DNA of 25,523 nucleotides from a virus (taxonomy: Duplodnaviria; Caudoviricetes): positions 1-25,523 of IMG/VR virus record IMGVR_UViG_3300006193_000048; one strand, given 5' to 3'. The notes under the pieces are model-generated. The model did no database searches, was not told the DNA's origin, and was given only the letters and a program-made list of their open reading frames with translations. Every line of letters begins with the position of its first letter. Position 1 is the first letter of the stretch. Positions 23,547 to 25,523 of the stretch are shown here, piece by piece. The position numbers were made by a program, and so were the translations under genes.

Positions 23547-24399
23547 CTGGAACCTCCAGAACGCGAGGCTCTTTTGCTACTACGGTTAAGTATCTTGGAC
23601 CACCTGCATAGTAATAAGTACGCAGGGCTGGAAAGCATAAGGACTTGTAGTCGCAGTAGCTGCACCCAATCGCTAACTTCATGTTTCCACTCTTTCCATC
23701 CGGCACTTCTTCGTAACACTGGACCGGAAGCAAGTCGCTCCCAACGAGCTTTTTTATATCGCCTACTCTCTCCTCTGGATTCCAGTTGATTGCGTTGTAG
23801 TAGTCGGCTGTAGTGTCTGTCTCATCGTACTGTAGCCACGCTAGAGTTCCGTTTTGTTTATCCATTGCAAGCCAGCCGTAAGTAGTGTCTCCTTCAGCGT
23901 GAGCGTAGGCTTTAAGCTGTGCGATGTATCCAAAGGCATCGTCTTGGTGCAGTTTATTATCTCTAAACTTTTTAAACCCAAAGGAACTACAAGACTTAAC
24001 GTCCATAAGCACCCCATCAATACGACCATCCATGTGACCCTTGACGCCATTGACAGTTACCTCCTTCTGCTCGTCTGTAACACTGTGTCCACTTATTGAC
24101 GTTAATGCAAGAAGCATTCCTTCGACAAGGTGACCATAGAGAAACTTAACGTAGGTACTCCCTTTAAGTTCTTCTCCCTTTGCACCATTGTGACGATGGT
24201 ATAGTTGTCTGTCTGGTTTTCCAATAGCTGATAGACGTAGCTTACCACTACTACTGTAGGACTGGAGCTGCTCACGTAGTGTGTCTGCCATTGTTCGCCC
24301 AAAAGCCTCACATTCTTGCTCAATGTCTACTCCCTCTGGTATCTGTTTAGTTTCTAGTAGTTTATATATGTCTTGAACTAACGTATCAACTTGTGCCAT
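23536..24399 (-). CDS. Cas4-like PD-(D/E)XK exonuclease
   Basis: LRLSAIG, KFLYGH..E, GHMDG.IDG.LMDVKS, Y..QL..Y and CSYC.YK..C. Start set at MAQVD (TAATG overlap with the polymerase stop). Confidence 0.82.
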   Translation of the reverse strand: MAQVDTLVQDIYKLLETKQIPEGVDIEQECEAFGRTMADTLREQLQSYSSSGKLRLSAIGKPDRQLYHRHNGAKGEELKGSTYVKFLYGHLVEGMLLALTSISGHSVTDEQKEVTVNGVKGHMDGRIDGVLMDVKSCSSFGFKKFRDNKLHQDDAFGYIAQLKAYAHAEGDTTYGWLAMDKQNGTLAWLQYDETDTTADYYNAINWNPEERVGDIKKLVGSDLLPVQCYEEVPDGKSGNMKLAIGCSYCDYKSLCFPALRTYYYAGGPRYLTVVAKEPRVLEVPDEF

Positions 24400-25523
24400 T
24401 AGTGTGTCTCCTTCCATGAGTTTCCAATTTTATACTCTCCCGCAAGCGGAATAGTCAGGTTAAAATCTTCTCCTGCTTTTGTCATGGCGTACACTGCTAA
24501 CTTGCCAAAACGTTCTGCGTCCTTCCCCGAAACTTCCGTCTGTATTTCATCGTGAATGTTGCCGACAATCTTAAAGTCTAATTTCTGTGACGTAGCAAAC
24601 TTGTGAAGGTTAACTAGCGCCTGCTTCATAACTACAGCTCCTGCGCCTTGAAGCAGAGTATTGAGAGCAGCATGGGGGCTTCTGACAGCAATTCGTCTAC
24701 CGTCCAGTCCCCGTAGCCAACCTCTTTTAGCAGCCGCGCTAACTCTATCCCTGAGTTGCGCGAGGGCGGGAGTGTTTGCAAGGAACTTTCTTTTAAGTTC
24801 TCTGCCACTTTTCGCACCTCCCCCGACAATACTCCCAATTTTTGCATCTCCAGCTCCATACAGGAAAGCGTAAATGAAAGTCTTTGCTGTATTTCTGTCA
24901 GATAAGCCAGCGGCTCTTTGGTTTGCTGTGTGAATGTCTCCATTTAATATCTCCTGTGAATAAGCAGCATCGTTCATGTAATGCGCTAACATCCGTAGCT
25001 CTAATCCAGAGGCGTCCATGCCTACCAACTTGTACCCGTCTGCAACAACCCAGCAGTCACGCATCTCAGAGCCGTATATCTTGCTCCCGGCGGTGACTTG
25101 TCCCATGTTAGGGCTGTAGTGTGTCATGCGTCCAGTGACAGCCCCGCAGGAGTTAACCTGACCACGTACTCGGCTGTCTGCGTCTACCTTGTCTAACCAT
25201 GACTGTGCCATTGCTATGCGCTTAACGACAGTCAGGTAGTCAGCTATCAAGGTACACTCTGGTATGCCCTCTACGTCTTTAAGAACAACCTCAGACACAA
25301 TAGGTGCGCCCTTGTCTGTATACTTGGCAGGCGTCCAGCCTAACGCAATTAGGTACTCACCTATCTGCTTACGAGAGCCTAGGTTAAATTCTGGAAAATC
25401 CACGCGAGTGTGAACCCCACCAATATCCCTATGCCAATCTCTGCCATAATACTTGAGGCCCACAGCGGAGAGCGTACCATCTTTGTTGATTCTAGGGGTA
25501 ACTTCTTTTCCACCTTTACATCT
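24399..25523 (-). CDS. polA: DNA polymerase family A, C-terminal polymerase domain (5' truncated by window edge)
   Basis: TGRMTH..PN, motif A DASGLELR, motif B R..AKTFIYAFLYG and motif C NIHDE. The frame stays open to base 25523. Confidence 0.95.
   Translation of the reverse strand, partial: RCKGGKEVTPRINKDGTLSAVGLKYYGRDWHRDIGGVHTRVDFPEFNLGSRKQIGEYLIALGWTPAKYTDKGAPIVSEVVLKDVEGIPECTLIADYLTVVKRIAMAQSWLDKVDADSRVRGQVNSCGAVTGRMTHYSPNMGQVTAGSKIYGSEMRDCWVVADGYKLVGMDASGLELRMLAHYMNDAAYSQEILNGDIHTANQRAAGLSDRNTAKTFIYAFLYGAGDAKIGSIVGGGAKSGRELKRKFLANTPALAQLRDRVSAAAKRGWLRGLDGRRIAVRSPHAALNTLLQGAGAVVMKQALVNLHKFATSQKLDFKIVGNIHDEIQTEVSGKDAERFGKLAVYAMTKAGEDFNLTIPLAGEYKIGNSWKETH

Noticed and set aside
1-25523. 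Stop-codon reassignment, introns/inteins, tRNA genes
   Set aside because: Genes tile both arms densely under the standard code. The RNR and the visible part of PolA are uninterrupted and of normal length, and no cloverleaf is seen in the few intergenic gaps.

Overview
This window is a 25.5-kb internal segment of a lytic, podovirus-type dsDNA phage with two convergent gene arms. The + arm (1-19584) carries the virion and lysis genes. In order these are: the 3' part of the portal, three small head-region genes (one a Zn-ribbon), the scaffold, the major capsid protein, two Thr-rich mini-proteins, a 695-aa beta-propeller/LamG-like protein, a chaperone-capped tail fibre, a 1126-aa repeat-rich protein, tail adaptor and nozzle, putative ejection proteins, two unrelated holin types and an M15 endolysin. 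The - arm (19532-25523) carries DNA replication and nucleotide genes: family A DNA polymerase (5' end outside the window), a Cas4-like PD-(D/E)XK exonuclease, an HNH endonuclease, endonuclease I, DUF3310, a B12-dependent class II RNR, MazG and several small ORFs. The gene set resembles marine SIO1/Zobellviridae-like phages; this is inferred from gene content, not from a search. No RNA polymerase, integrase, tRNA, CRISPR or reverse transcriptase is visible. The most unusual parts are (i) a possible capsid-decoration cassette of paralogous mini-proteins plus a lectin-like protein, (ii) the 1126-aa protein with an in-frame N-/C-terminal DNA repeat and a pure (GGA)11 tract, (iii) a lysis module with two holins and no recognisable spanin, and (iv) a tail-to-tail gene overlap with no visible terminator where the two arms meet.
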